Shown in pieces: positions 38,436-47,849 of a stretch of DNA of 64,000 nt; the stretch's first letter is position 1; every line of letters begins with the position of its first letter. The stretch is from the NCBI GenBank assembly GCA_000830295.1, contig CP010425.1, positions 294,884-358,883 of the forward strand, in the 5' to 3' direction. The notes under the pieces are model-generated. The model searched no databases. It saw only the letters and a program-made list of their open reading frames with translations, and was not told where the DNA came from. The DNA is from an archaeon GW2011_AR15. GTDB lineage: Archaea > Nanobdellota > Nanobdellia > Woesearchaeales > GW2011-AR15. Position numbers and translations under genes: made by a program.

Positions 38436-39079
38436 TGATAAGGCAGAAAATAAGGGAAATACTGGAAGAGATAGGGAATGCAGAGCTTGTCACAGTCACA
38501 AAATCAAGGAGCATCGAGGAAATTATAGAAGCAATCGAGGCAGGAGCAAGAATAATCGGGGAAAACAGGGTTGATGAAGCGAGAAAAAAATACGGCATGC
38601 TGAAGGATTGCCTGAAAAAATACAATGTGGGATACCATTTCATAGGCCATCTCCAGTCGAACAAGGTGAACAAGGCAGTGGGGTTTTTTGACCTGATACA
38701 GTCAGTCGATTCTGTAAAGCTGGCTGAAAAAATAAACAAACGGGCAGAAGAGCTGGAGATAGTCCAGGACATTCTCGTGCAGGTGAACATAGGGGAAGAA
38801 GAGCAGAAATACGGGGTACCTCCTGGCGAGGTAAGCAGCTTCATAGGGAGCCTGTCCGGCCTGGGAAACATAAGGATAAAAGGGCTGATGTGCATTGCCC
38901 CTTACTCAGAAAACCCGGAAGACGCAAGGCCGTATTTCAGCAGGATGAAAAAGATATACCGCACTTTTGATTTTGAATATCTGTCAATGGGCATGACAAA
39001 TGATTACCGGATAGCACTGGAAGAAGGCTCAAATATGGTGAGAATAGGGACAGCCATCTTCGGCGAGAGAAAATATTAA
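38435..39079 (+). CDS. YggS-family pyridoxal-phosphate homeostasis protein
   Basis: The GENRVDEA and HFIGHLQSNK motifs are present, with the alanine-racemase N-terminal-like TIM barrel and a length of 214 aa. Confidence 0.85.
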   Translation: MIRQKIREILEEIGNAELVTVTKSRSIEEIIEAIEAGARIIGENRVDEARKKYGMLKDCLKKYNVGYHFIGHLQSNKVNKAVGFFDLIQSVDSVKLAEKINKRAEELEIVQDILVQVNIGEEEQKYGVPPGEVSSFIGSLSGLGNIRIKGLMCIAPYSENPEDARPYFSRMKKIYRTFDFEYLSMGMTNDYRIALEEGSNMVRIGTAIFGERKY

Positions 39080-39106
39080 ATAGTATGCATGATAAAGTGA
39101 GAAACA

Positions 39107-40237
39107 ATGACAAAAAATGATTTCATAGTCACACCATGGAGCGTTAAGGGAGATATAGACTATGACAAATTAGTAAAGCAGTTCGGGACAAAAAAGCTGG
39201 ATGAAAAACTGCTGAAAGAGCTTAAAAGCATTACAGGAGGAACCCACCATTACCTCAGAAGAAAGATATTCTACTCCCACATGTATTTAGATGAGGTATT
39301 AAAAGATTACAGGAAAGACAATAAATTCTATCTTTACACAGGAAGGGCTCCAAGCGGGCCCGTGCATCTGGGGCACATGATCCCATGGATATTCACGAAA
39401 TGGCTTCAGGACAACTTTGATGCCCATCTGCTGTTCCAGATTCCTGATGAGGAAAAATTCCTTTTCAAGAAAGACCTGACTCTGGAAGAGACAAGGAAGT
39501 GGGCTTACGACAACATACTGGACATAATCGCTGTAGGGTTTGACCCAAAGAAAACCCACATATTTTTGGATACTGAGTACGCCGGCCATATGTATAAGCA
39601 TGCTGTCCAGGTAGCCAAGAAGATAAATTTCTCAACAATAAAGTCAACATTCGGGTTTGACAACGACAAGAACATCGGGGAGATTTTCTATACTGCAATG
39701 CAGTCTGTTCCTGCAATACTGCCAAGCGTCCTTGAAGGAAAGAAAACCCGCGTTTTAATTCCATGCGCAATTGACCAGGATGTGCATTTCAGGCTGACAA
39801 GGGATGTCGCTGAATCACTTGGGTATTACAAGCCCGCAACAATATTGTGCCGGTTCCTGCCCGGGCTGCAGGGTATGAGTGGAGAGGGCAAGATGTCCTC
39901 CTCCGTCGAGAGCACTGCAATATACACAACTGATGATGCCAAGACAGTAAAAAATAAAATTCTCAAGTATGCATTCTCAGGAGGCCGTGATACTTTAGAA
40001 GAGCACAGAAAGCACGGCGGCAACCCTGAAGTAGATGTTTCATACCAGTGGCTAACATTCTTTGAGGAGGACGATGCAAAGCTTGAGAAAATCTATAAAG
40101 ATTACAAGTCAGGAAAGCTGCTTTCAGGAGAGCTGAAGATGATTCTTGTAGACAAGCTGAACAGTTTCCTTGCTGAGCACCAGAAGAGAAGGAAGGAAGC
40201 AGAGAAAATAATTGAGAAATTTATGCTGCGGGACTAG
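39107..40237 (+). CDS. trpS: tryptophanyl-tRNA synthetase (archaeal/eukaryal type)
   Basis: A class Ic aaRS with GRAPSGPVHLGHMIPW (HIGH region), DDEKF and KMSSS. Its 376-aa length fits archaeal TrpRS better than TyrRS. Confidence 0.8.
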   Translation: MTKNDFIVTPWSVKGDIDYDKLVKQFGTKKLDEKLLKELKSITGGTHHYLRRKIFYSHMYLDEVLKDYRKDNKFYLYTGRAPSGPVHLGHMIPWIFTKWLQDNFDAHLLFQIPDEEKFLFKKDLTLEETRKWAYDNILDIIAVGFDPKKTHIFLDTEYAGHMYKHAVQVAKKINFSTIKSTFGFDNDKNIGEIFYTAMQSVPAILPSVLEGKKTRVLIPCAIDQDVHFRLTRDVAESLGYYKPATILCRFLPGLQGMSGEGKMSSSVESTAIYTTDDAKTVKNKILKYAFSGGRDTLEEHRKHGGNPEVDVSYQWLTFFEEDDAKLEKIYKDYKSGKLLSGELKMILVDKLNSFLAEHQKRRKEAEKIIEKFMLRD

Positions 40238-41169
40238 GCTGCTTTCAGTTTCCTGACCATTTCTATTGACCACAGCCTGAAGAATGCTGCTACAGGGACA
40301 AATATTACGGATATTGCATATATAATCAGCAGGATGACAACCGCTGCGTATGTAGCAGTCACAATTATGGCTGCTGTCTGGGATGCCATCAAAAGCAGGA
40401 AATAAATCCCCAGGCCTATAAGGGCAAATGGTATCAAGAGGATTATTGCCACGAATATGGCCAGGATAATTGTTGCTATGTTAAGCGCAATGGAAAGCCC
40501 GACTTTTATAAGCCAGTAAAGGCCTATCTCCCCTTTCCTGTCCCTGATTTTCTTAATAACGTGGTGCCATGCCCTTGCAAACCTGTAATTTTTCAGGTAC
40601 ATTACCGGCATTACAAAGTCATAGACTATGAACCAGAATATGATAAGTGCCAGGAAGAATATGAAGAATCCGAGGAACATCGGCACAAACAGCCAGTAGT
40701 TGAAACTTGATAATGTGCCGTTGAGGAGGGCTATTATGACCGGTGACAATATAACGGCAATGCCTGCAATGGTTATCATGCCTGTAATCAGCTTGACGAA
40801 AAATATGTTCAGGCCCAATGAATGGTTTGCCCTGAAGCTTTTCCTTATCTTTATGCTTTTATGGAGCACCCCTTCAATGAACATGAACGTGAAGACGCTG
40901 TTTAGATAGGTGAAAAAGAGCATGAGCACGAAAAAGGCAATAAAGGCTATCCCAAGCAGGAGGCCGTATCTGGTTATAAAACTGGCAAAATTCACATCAG
41001 GCGACTCTGAGGAGGTACTATAGCTATTTCCTCCTGAGAACCCGTTCCCGGGCCTTCCGCCAAACAGGTTAATGAACCCCATGCGGAGCCAGTATGCCCT
41101 GTCTATCGGAAAAAATAGTTTCTTTGTTTTGCTGAAAGCAGAATTCAGAGTATCAATTGCCACAGTCAT
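40234..41169 (-). CDS. polytopic membrane protein, unknown function (Gly/Ser-rich loop)
   Basis: It has about 7 TM helices and a GGRPGNGFSGGNSYSTSS loop near the N-terminus. Confidence 0.45.
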   Translation of the reverse strand: MTVAIDTLNSAFSKTKKLFFPIDRAYWLRMGFINLFGGRPGNGFSGGNSYSTSSESPDVNFASFITRYGLLLGIAFIAFFVLMLFFTYLNSVFTFMFIEGVLHKSIKIRKSFRANHSLGLNIFFVKLITGMITIAGIAVILSPVIIALLNGTLSSFNYWLFVPMFLGFFIFFLALIIFWFIVYDFVMPVMYLKNYRFARAWHHVIKKIRDRKGEIGLYWLIKVGLSIALNIATIILAIFVAIILLIPFALIGLGIYFLLLMASQTAAIIVTATYAAVVILLIIYAISVIFVPVAAFFRLWSIEMVRKLKAA

Positions 41170-41201
41170 GGGATATTTTTGGGCGTCCTAGTATAAAAAT
41201 A

Positions 41202-41891
41202 TTATTGTTTCAGGCAGAAATTTACAGTGCTTTCGGCAAAAATCTTCATTGTATCATATATTTCAAGTTTATCATGCTCAGGCATCAGCAGCTGCAGGTC
41301 TGTGCACGCAAGAATCACCGCATCTGCTTTTCCTTCAAATTTATTTATCATAGTTACAAGCTTTCTTTTATCTTTTTCAGCATGCCTGCTCAGGACAATG
41401 TTGTTTATAATCTCTCCGAGCATCGCCTGGTCTTTATCATGCGGAACAATCTGTGATATGCCTTCTTTTTTGAGGGCTGTCTCGTATAACCCGGATTTAA
41501 GGGCTGTCCTTGTTGCCAGCAGCCCAACATTACGGAACTTCTTCTCCCTGAGGAATTTTGCAGTCTCTTCCACTATGCTCAAGACCGGGATTTTGACTGC
41601 TTTCCTTATATCTTCTATAAATATGTGAAGGGAATTGCATGGCATGACAATAAAATCCGCTCCCCCTCTCTCGAGCTTTTTCGCTCCGGCAACAAGATAG
41701 GGTATGTATCTTTCCTCTCCCTTTGAGCTCCTTATCAGGTCTTCTTCTATATCATATCTCAGGGGGACATTCCATATTAGTATCGGCGGCCGCTGCTGCT
41801 TATTCTTCTTATAGCTGCCAAACACAATCTCAAGGTAGAATTCCGCTGTTGTTTCAGGCCCTAATCCCCCTATAACACCTATTGTTTTCAT
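41202..41891 (-). CDS. aspartate/glutamate racemase family protein (aspartate racemase-like)
   Basis: The N-terminus IGVIGGLGPETTAEFY is the family signature, and the second half (ILACTDL) carries the second catalytic Cys. Confidence 0.8.
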   Translation of the reverse strand: MKTIGVIGGLGPETTAEFYLEIVFGSYKKNKQQRPPILIWNVPLRYDIEEDLIRSSKGEERYIPYLVAGAKKLERGGADFIVMPCNSLHIFIEDIRKAVKIPVLSIVEETAKFLREKKFRNVGLLATRTALKSGLYETALKKEGISQIVPHDKDQAMLGEIINNIVLSRHAEKDKRKLVTMINKFEGKADAVILACTDLQLLMPEHDKLEIYDTMKIFAESTVNFCLKQ

Positions 41892-41989
41892 CTGGGCTAG
41901 GAGTATCCCGGTTATTATAAAAACATTATCATATTTTTCCTATAAATTTAAATAGTTAAAGTGCAGAATTGGTATACAGAGGTGTTTTT

Positions 41990-42214
41990 ATGGCAAAGAG
42001 AGTATTCAAATTCGCTCCCTTGAATGGCGCATTTATGGCAACATCAATACTTGGAGTGCTGATTTCGCTTATGTATGTCTACCCAAGGTCAAGTGACTGG
42101 GGTGTCACATTTACACTGGTGTTCGGGGCTATGTTCCTTGCTGCCATGGCTTCCATGACCCACGCTGATCCTGACACCTTCGTGGAGATTGAGACCAAGA
42201 ACAGAAGAAAGTAA
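41990..42214 (+). CDS. small membrane protein (about 74 aa, 2 TM)
   Basis: The ATG at 41990 is preferred over the TTG start in the track. The protein has two hydrophobic helices. Confidence 0.3.
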   Translation: MAKRVFKFAPLNGAFMATSILGVLISLMYVYPRSSDWGVTFTLVFGAMFLAAMASMTHADPDTFVEIETKNRRK

Positions 42215-42517
42215 TTATTTTTTGAATTCTTTATCAAACTTTTCCTTAGCCTTGTTTTCCTTGTAGAATATCTCGTGGCTTGCCCTCTTGTCAAATAAGG
42301 AAAGTGCCATGTTGACCATGTCTGTCTGGTAGGGCTTCAGCCCTTTGGATTTCATTATCTCCCTTGCATCATCTATGCTTTCCTTCATCCTCTGGATATT
42401 TTCCTTCCTTGCAAGGACTTCCTGCTCTTTCTCCTCTGCCTCGCTTAGCTCTATCTCTTCCCATCTGGGATAGACGGATTTGTCAGTTGTCCTCGGGAAT
42501 GATTTATTGAATGCCAT
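42215..42517 (-). CDS. hypothetical charged alpha-helical protein (100 aa)
   Basis: A clean ORF immediately downstream of the HerA-like ATPase on the same strand. Confidence 0.4.
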   Translation of the reverse strand: MAFNKSFPRTTDKSVYPRWEEIELSEAEEKEQEVLARKENIQRMKESIDDAREIMKSKGLKPYQTDMVNMALSLFDKRASHEIFYKENKAKEKFDKEFKK

Positions 42518-42571
42518 AAAGATAGCTAATGAAAGAAGCTTTAAAAAGATTATGCAGATTATTGCGGAAAA

Positions 42572-43891
42572 TCAGAAATTGAATATTTTCTTGTCTGCAG
42601 GCAGCGCGACAGGAGCCTCTCCGCCGTGCCATGTGAACCTCGGCCTTACACGCATAGGATACATCTTTTCGTTGTTGTCATCCAGTATTATCGCTGCCCC
42701 TGCCTCTCTCGGCAGGTCATCAAGATATTTGTCAAGCCCCTGCCTCATGTAGGACTGCATCAGCATTCCCAGGGCATCTGTGTCCAGCTTTGCTGTTATC
42801 CTGTGGGAGATTATTACGTCAGACTGGGTCATGACATCTGTATGTATCTTTCCTGGCTGCTGGCTCGCCAGCACAAGTGATATTCCCGGTTGCCTTCCTT
42901 CCCTCAGTATAGTAACCAGGGCGTCTGTTGCGGCTGTCTTGCCTGATGCAGGAAGGAACTCGTGCGCCTCGTCAATTATTATCCATACCATCGGGTATTC
43001 CATCTTCTCCTTTTCCTCTTCTGAAAAGAAGTGCACTGATTCGTGCACTGACTCAAACTCCTCCTCCCTTCTTGAGACCATTCTCTGGACAAAAAGTTTT
43101 TTTGAGACAAGTCCCGTAACAAGGGATTTTACGTCCCAGCCTCCGGGAGCTGTCGCATAGATGCTGACATCAAGGATTGATATCCTGCCTGGCTTTATTA
43201 TTTCTGTCAGAGGCGTCCCTTCTTCATCAAAAAGCCCCCATGATTCCGCGCTGGCAAATAAGTTGGTTGCCTTGTCCTTTGCTCTTTGGGAGACTTTCGC
43301 ATCCTTCTCCACACATGCTTTTATGTCTTTAAGCGAAAAGTCTTTTCCTGTGTCTTTCAGCTGGGTTATAACCCTCTCGAGAAGCACACCTTCTTCAGAA
43401 TTCTTGTCCATGCCCAATGTCAGTATCCAGTCATCGATATCCAGCTCGCTGGGCTTTATTGAGAACGGATAATCAACAGGGATTCCCTTCTCTTTGAAAC
43501 TTGCGAAATAGCCCTTCGGCGTGAATACTGTAACATCAAGAGGCTTTGGCTTTATGCCCCATTCATCCAGTAAATCGCGCTCCTTCTGGTTTGGGTATTT
43601 CATGGTCCAGTAGATTCCCATTGTGTCCATTATAAGGACTGATATATTTGACCTTATTTCAGGAGGCAGGTCTGAAATCCCTTCTGCAATGACCCCCATT
43701 GTGAAGGATTTTCCTGAGCCTCTCTTGCCGCAGACAAAAACAACGTGGCTCCTTATCACATCAAGAAGTATGCTGCTTGACAGGGAAGTTTCCTGCCCCA
43801 TCTTGACATAGTGCTTTCCCAGGAAAATTGTTCCGCTCAGCCCGTATTTCTGCAGGTCAGATTTATTCCTGCCAATGACGATATCATACAT
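42572..43891 (-). CDS. HerA/FtsK-superfamily ATPase (DUF87-like) with an N-terminal HAS-barrel-like domain
   Basis: It has Walker A VCGKRGSGKSFT and Walker B VWIIIDEAHEF, with an Arg-finger region and a beta-rich N-terminus before the P-loop. No NurA partner is seen. Confidence 0.6.
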   Translation of the reverse strand: MYDIVIGRNKSDLQKYGLSGTIFLGKHYVKMGQETSLSSSILLDVIRSHVVFVCGKRGSGKSFTMGVIAEGISDLPPEIRSNISVLIMDTMGIYWTMKYPNQKERDLLDEWGIKPKPLDVTVFTPKGYFASFKEKGIPVDYPFSIKPSELDIDDWILTLGMDKNSEEGVLLERVITQLKDTGKDFSLKDIKACVEKDAKVSQRAKDKATNLFASAESWGLFDEEGTPLTEIIKPGRISILDVSIYATAPGGWDVKSLVTGLVSKKLFVQRMVSRREEEFESVHESVHFFSEEEKEKMEYPMVWIIIDEAHEFLPASGKTAATDALVTILREGRQPGISLVLASQQPGKIHTDVMTQSDVIISHRITAKLDTDALGMLMQSYMRQGLDKYLDDLPREAGAAIILDDNNEKMYPMRVRPRFTWHGGEAPVALPADKKIFNF

Positions 43892-43943
43892 AAGGATTAA
43901 TGCTGGCTTAGAAGTTTATATAATTTGTTGTTTAAATAGGGAA

Positions 43944-44567
43944 TCAGCCCAGCAGAGCCATTGCCCTGTTCATATTGGTCTCAGCCGCAACTTCATATTT
44001 ATTCCTGAAGAATTCTGTCTGGTATATTGAGGGCCTTTTTTGCTTGTTCATGAAGCCCTCAAATATTTTCCTTGTCCCTGCAGCGAAATTTTCGTAAGGG
44101 ATACGGGAGTATTCCTCTCTTATGTTTTTTCTGTTCCTGTTAAATTTTTCCCATGGCTGGCCTAATGTAGCAAGGTCAATATCTGCCATGAGCTTTGCAT
44201 CGCCCTCCTCAGGGATAGTTTCATGTTTTGTTGCCATTATCAGATACCTTACTTTTTCAGCAAATGCCTCTGAAACTCCTGCTTTTACAAGAGTGCTATA
44301 AGCAAGATCTGCACTCTCTTTTTCATTATCTGCGCTGCCATCTGTCTCATAAATTACATCATGGTACCATATTGCCATTTCAAGAGCAAGCGGATCGCTG
44401 GCGAGATGCTTTGCAGTATCAAATTCCGCCAGGCAGTCTTCAATATGCCAGATATTGTGGTATGCCCTGTGAGACTCAGTGTATCTTGCGTATAATTCTT
44501 CAAACTCTCTTTCGCCGCTTCCCTCTGCGCCTATCCTGCTCCATAAATCAAGAAATCTCTCCTTCAT
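43944..44567 (-). CDS. HD-superfamily metal-dependent phosphohydrolase (COG4339-like)
   Basis: The H...HD...D motifs YHNIWH, WYHDVIYE and MADIDLA are present. Confidence 0.55.
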   Translation of the reverse strand: MKERFLDLWSRIGAEGSGEREFEELYARYTESHRAYHNIWHIEDCLAEFDTAKHLASDPLALEMAIWYHDVIYETDGSADNEKESADLAYSTLVKAGVSEAFAEKVRYLIMATKHETIPEEGDAKLMADIDLATLGQPWEKFNRNRKNIREEYSRIPYENFAAGTRKIFEGFMNKQKRPSIYQTEFFRNKYEVAAETNMNRAMALLG

Positions 44568-44652
44568 AGAAAAAGGTAATTTCCGCTTATTTTAATACCT
44601 ATTTAAATCAACAACAACCTTTTTATATCCTGTTGAATTTTGTATACTTCTC

Positions 44653-45426
44653 ATGGCTAAGAAAATTCCGAGAAAGAAGAAAAGCAGTTCTAAAAAGGAA
44701 AAAGCCAAAGTCCCTGATATGAAGAAAAGGCAATATGCCACCATAGCGCTTGGCGGCGGAGTGGCTCTGCTTGTATTATTTGTTCTCGGCATGCTCTACG
44801 CCAACTCAGTTGAAGTTTCAGAGAACTCCCCTGCTCCTGTAAAATTTTTCAAGGGCATAAATAATGCCATCTTCCAAAAAAATAATGAAGTGGCTGCAGT
44901 TGTAAATGACGAAACAATAACAATGGAAGAGCTTGACACCCTCTACGACCGGCTGCCTGAAGATTCAAAACAGTTTACAACAAAAAGCGACGTGCTGGAA
45001 AGCCTAATTGACGAGCGTGTGCTGCTGCAGGAGGCAGAAAAAAGAGGCTATACTGTTAGTGAGGAAGAGGTTGATCAGACTTTAAACAGGATACTTGAAC
45101 TGAACAGCCTGACAGTCGAGCAGTATTCAGGCATGCTGGAGAGCGTCGGCTCCTCGCTGGAGGAGGCAAGGAATTATTACAGGAAAAGCCTGATGCTTAA
45201 CAAATTGCTGAATGAAACAGTCTACAGCAGGGTGCAGGTGACTGCAATAGAGATAAGGGACTACTACCTTGAAACCGTGAAGCCTGTATCCAATGCCACT
45301 TACGAGGAAGCTTATGACCTGATAAATGAGACACTGACAGCAGACCAGCAGTCTGAATTGTTCTTTGAGTACCTTGATGAGGTAAAGAACAATTCAAACA
45401 TAATCATATTCTATAAGGAAGAATAA
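44653..45426 (+). CDS. membrane-anchored protein with a SurA-N/PpiD-like chaperone domain
   Basis: A basic N-terminus and one TM helix (IALGGGVALLVLFVLGML) are followed by a helical domain reminiscent of the SurA N-terminal domain (..SLIDERVLLQEAEKRGYTVSEEEVDQ..). Confidence 0.4.
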   Translation: MAKKIPRKKKSSSKKEKAKVPDMKKRQYATIALGGGVALLVLFVLGMLYANSVEVSENSPAPVKFFKGINNAIFQKNNEVAAVVNDETITMEELDTLYDRLPEDSKQFTTKSDVLESLIDERVLLQEAEKRGYTVSEEEVDQTLNRILELNSLTVEQYSGMLESVGSSLEEARNYYRKSLMLNKLLNETVYSRVQVTAIEIRDYYLETVKPVSNATYEEAYDLINETLTADQQSELFFEYLDEVKNNSNIIIFYKEE

Positions 45427-45442
45427 ATTAAAAATAAAATTA

Positions 45443-46657
45443 TTAAAAGTCTTCAACAGTCATCAGATTGACCTTTGTGCTCCTGCCCTTTACTTTGTTG
45501 TCCATTCCTATAAGGAAGTCAACTCTTGCTTTTTCTGCTGCTTCAAGAAGGTCCTTTTCTATTGCTCCGTCAAATATCACTGCATGGACGCCTGTATTGA
45601 GGGATTTCAGCGTTGTGTTCAGCTCTGAAATCGGGACTTTTCCGAGGATATTGAGCTTGCTGTCCAGCACATATGCCCCTCTTGTCCCTACAAGGTCTTC
45701 AAGCATCTCACTGAAGGTATCTTTCTCTGCCGTTGTTATTTTTGAATGAGTCTCTTTCTCTTCCGGCTTTGGCATCTGCCTGCCCTGCACCGGCTTTGGC
45801 CTTTCAATGGCCCTCCTTGGAGCTGATGCTGATTCCATCTTCATCTGCTCTGCAGATACCTTGCTCCTAAGGGCCTTATGTATCTCCTTCTTTGTCAGTT
45901 CCTCAACTTCCTTTCCGTCAGGGGCTCTTGCCACAAAATCAACCTCTGTAACGCTCATAAGCTCCTGCACTATGAGGTTTCCTCCCCTGTCTCCGTCAAC
46001 AAAAGCTGTAAGCACCTTTGATTTCCCAAGCTCTATAATCTCAGGAGGGACTGATGTGCCGTTAAGCGCTATGACATTCTTGAATCCGTGCTTAAGAAGT
46101 GTCAGGACATCCGCCCTTCCTTCCACAACAACGACTTCCTCTGACTCATCGACTGACGGGCCAGCTGGCAGCCTGCCGCGGCCATACTCCTGTATTTCCA
46201 TAACTCTTACAGAATAGGCCACTTCATCGCTCAGCTCCTGGGAATCAGGCATGGTCTCTTCCATCATCTGCCTTAGCAGGGTCTTGGCCCTGTCAATGAC
46301 ATGGTTTCTCTTTGATATCCTTATGTCTTCTATCTTGCTGACTTCAATCTTGGCAGTGCAGGGGCCTATCCTCTGGATGACTTCCAAAGCAGCGCCGACT
46401 ATTGCTGTCTCTGCCTTGTCAAGGCTTGAAGGTATCAGTATTGAGCCTACTGTCTTCCCTGATTTTGTCTCTGTGTCTACCTCTATCCTTCCTATCCTGC
46501 CTGATCTCTGAAGCTCTCTCAGTTCAAGCTCACTTCCGAGAAGCCCTTCTGTCTGGCCGAAGACAGCGCCTATTACGTCCGGCCTGTCTACAACGCCGTC
46601 TATGTTTATGCCTGCGTGAATGATATATTTAGCTGATACTGGGCTTATTTTTCCCAT
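45443..46657 (-). CDS. dnaG: DNA primase DnaG (archaeal, TOPRIM)
   Basis: The N-terminus AKYIIHAGINIDGVVDRPDVIGAVFGQTEGLL is the archaeal DnaG signature. The TOPRIM domain shows EGRAD and DGDRGG motifs. Confidence 0.85.
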   Translation of the reverse strand: MGKISPVSAKYIIHAGINIDGVVDRPDVIGAVFGQTEGLLGSELELRELQRSGRIGRIEVDTETKSGKTVGSILIPSSLDKAETAIVGAALEVIQRIGPCTAKIEVSKIEDIRISKRNHVIDRAKTLLRQMMEETMPDSQELSDEVAYSVRVMEIQEYGRGRLPAGPSVDESEEVVVVEGRADVLTLLKHGFKNVIALNGTSVPPEIIELGKSKVLTAFVDGDRGGNLIVQELMSVTEVDFVARAPDGKEVEELTKKEIHKALRSKVSAEQMKMESASAPRRAIERPKPVQGRQMPKPEEKETHSKITTAEKDTFSEMLEDLVGTRGAYVLDSKLNILGKVPISELNTTLKSLNTGVHAVIFDGAIEKDLLEAAEKARVDFLIGMDNKVKGRSTKVNLMTVEDF

Positions 46658-46902
46658 TGTTATCTCCTCCTCTAAAGCCCGGCATAAGAAATATCGGTTA
46701 TATCAGGTTCTTCAAAAATCTCCTGCAATCTGCTGAATGAAATGATGAACATGATTGTTTCTCCTTATGCCTTGGCCATTGTAATGATTTGTTTAATAAG
46801 AACAAGCAATGTCTGCTTTACCCTAACTTACTTATGTGATGAATGTGATGAGTGTGAGCTTACTTGTCCTTATTCGTTGAGCGTAATAAAATATTGTCGC
46901 CC

Positions 46903-47019
46903 GAGACACTAACTCCCAGGTTCATAGCTTGTCTTTGACGTATGCTTCCCCGGGTACTCTCGTGACGGGCTGTATTACGCAAGAGTGTCTCAAACTCATT
47001 GAGTTCCCTACAAGGGAAT
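46903..47019. ncRNA. candidate structured RNA of unknown class in the 484-bp dnaG/uppS intergenic region
   Basis: An 8-bp long-range helix, GAGACACT (46903-46910) against AGTGTCTC (46984-46991), encloses hairpins CCCG..CGGG and GTCtttGAC. A further hairpin TTCCCTacaAGGGAA lies at 47005-47019. The island is relatively GC-rich within AT-rich spacer. Strand and class are unknown. Confidence 0.2.
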
Positions 47020-47141
47020 CTCATAAGAGGACCCATTTGTGTAATTAGGAAAAGGGATATAAAAAGGCTTTATAAAGGTTTGTGTCATAATATAAAAAAT
47101 TGCAAAATTTTTAAATATCCTATGATGTTCTTTCATCTGAA

Positions 47142-47849
47142 ATGAGTTTAATAGAGAATGTTCCAAGGCACCTTGGGATAATCATGGACGGGAACAGGAG
47201 ATTTGCCAGAAGGCTGACTGCAAAGCCCTGGAAAGGCCATGAATGGGGCGCAAAAAAACTTGCGTCTGTGCTTGAATGGTGCAGGGAATACGACATAAAA
47301 GAACTTACAGTCTATACTTTTTCTATCCAGAACTTCAACAGGCCGAAAGAGGAGTTTGACTTCCTCATGGCTATTTTTGACAGGAATTTCGAGGAGCTGA
47401 AGAAAGACAAGAGGATATACGAGAAGAGGATAAGGATAAATGTCATAGGAAGGCTCTGGATGTTCCCTGAAAGCATACAGAAACGAATGAAAGAGATAAT
47501 GGAGCTAACAAAAGAGCATGACCAGTATATTATAAATTTCGCAATGGCCTACGGCGGCAGGGAAGAGGTCATTGACGCTGCCATGAAGATAGCCAGGAAA
47601 GCTGTTTCAGGCGAGATTAAGGTGGATGACATAAACGAGGAAGTTTTCAAAAACAGCCTTTACATCAAATCAGAGCCCGACCTGATAATAAGGACCGGCG
47701 GGGAAAAGAGAAGCTCTAATTTCCTTGCATTCCAGAGCGCTTATTCCGAGTATATTTTCATAGAAAAGATGTGGCCTGAGTTTGAGAAAGAGGATTTCGT
47801 GGCCTGTCTTGAGGAATATTCACAGAGAAAAAGGAGATTTGGGGTTTAG
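47142..47849 (+). CDS. uppS: undecaprenyl/di-trans,poly-cis-polyprenyl diphosphate synthase
   Basis: The cis-prenyltransferase motifs HLGIIMDGNRRFA and ..FSIQNFNRP.. are present, together with the C-terminal RxG. Confidence 0.9.
   Translation: MSLIENVPRHLGIIMDGNRRFARRLTAKPWKGHEWGAKKLASVLEWCREYDIKELTVYTFSIQNFNRPKEEFDFLMAIFDRNFEELKKDKRIYEKRIRINVIGRLWMFPESIQKRMKEIMELTKEHDQYIINFAMAYGGREEVIDAAMKIARKAVSGEIKVDDINEEVFKNSLYIKSEPDLIIRTGGEKRSSNFLAFQSAYSEYIFIEKMWPEFEKEDFVACLEEYSQRKRRFGV

Noticed and set aside
46743-46849. C-box-like TGATGA / GTGATGA elements (possible C/D-box sRNA)
   Set aside because: I could not find a correctly spaced D box (CTGA) and terminal stem on either strand, and TGATGA is frequent in AT-rich sequence. 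I folded it into the general ncRNA-candidate finding instead of calling an sRNA.
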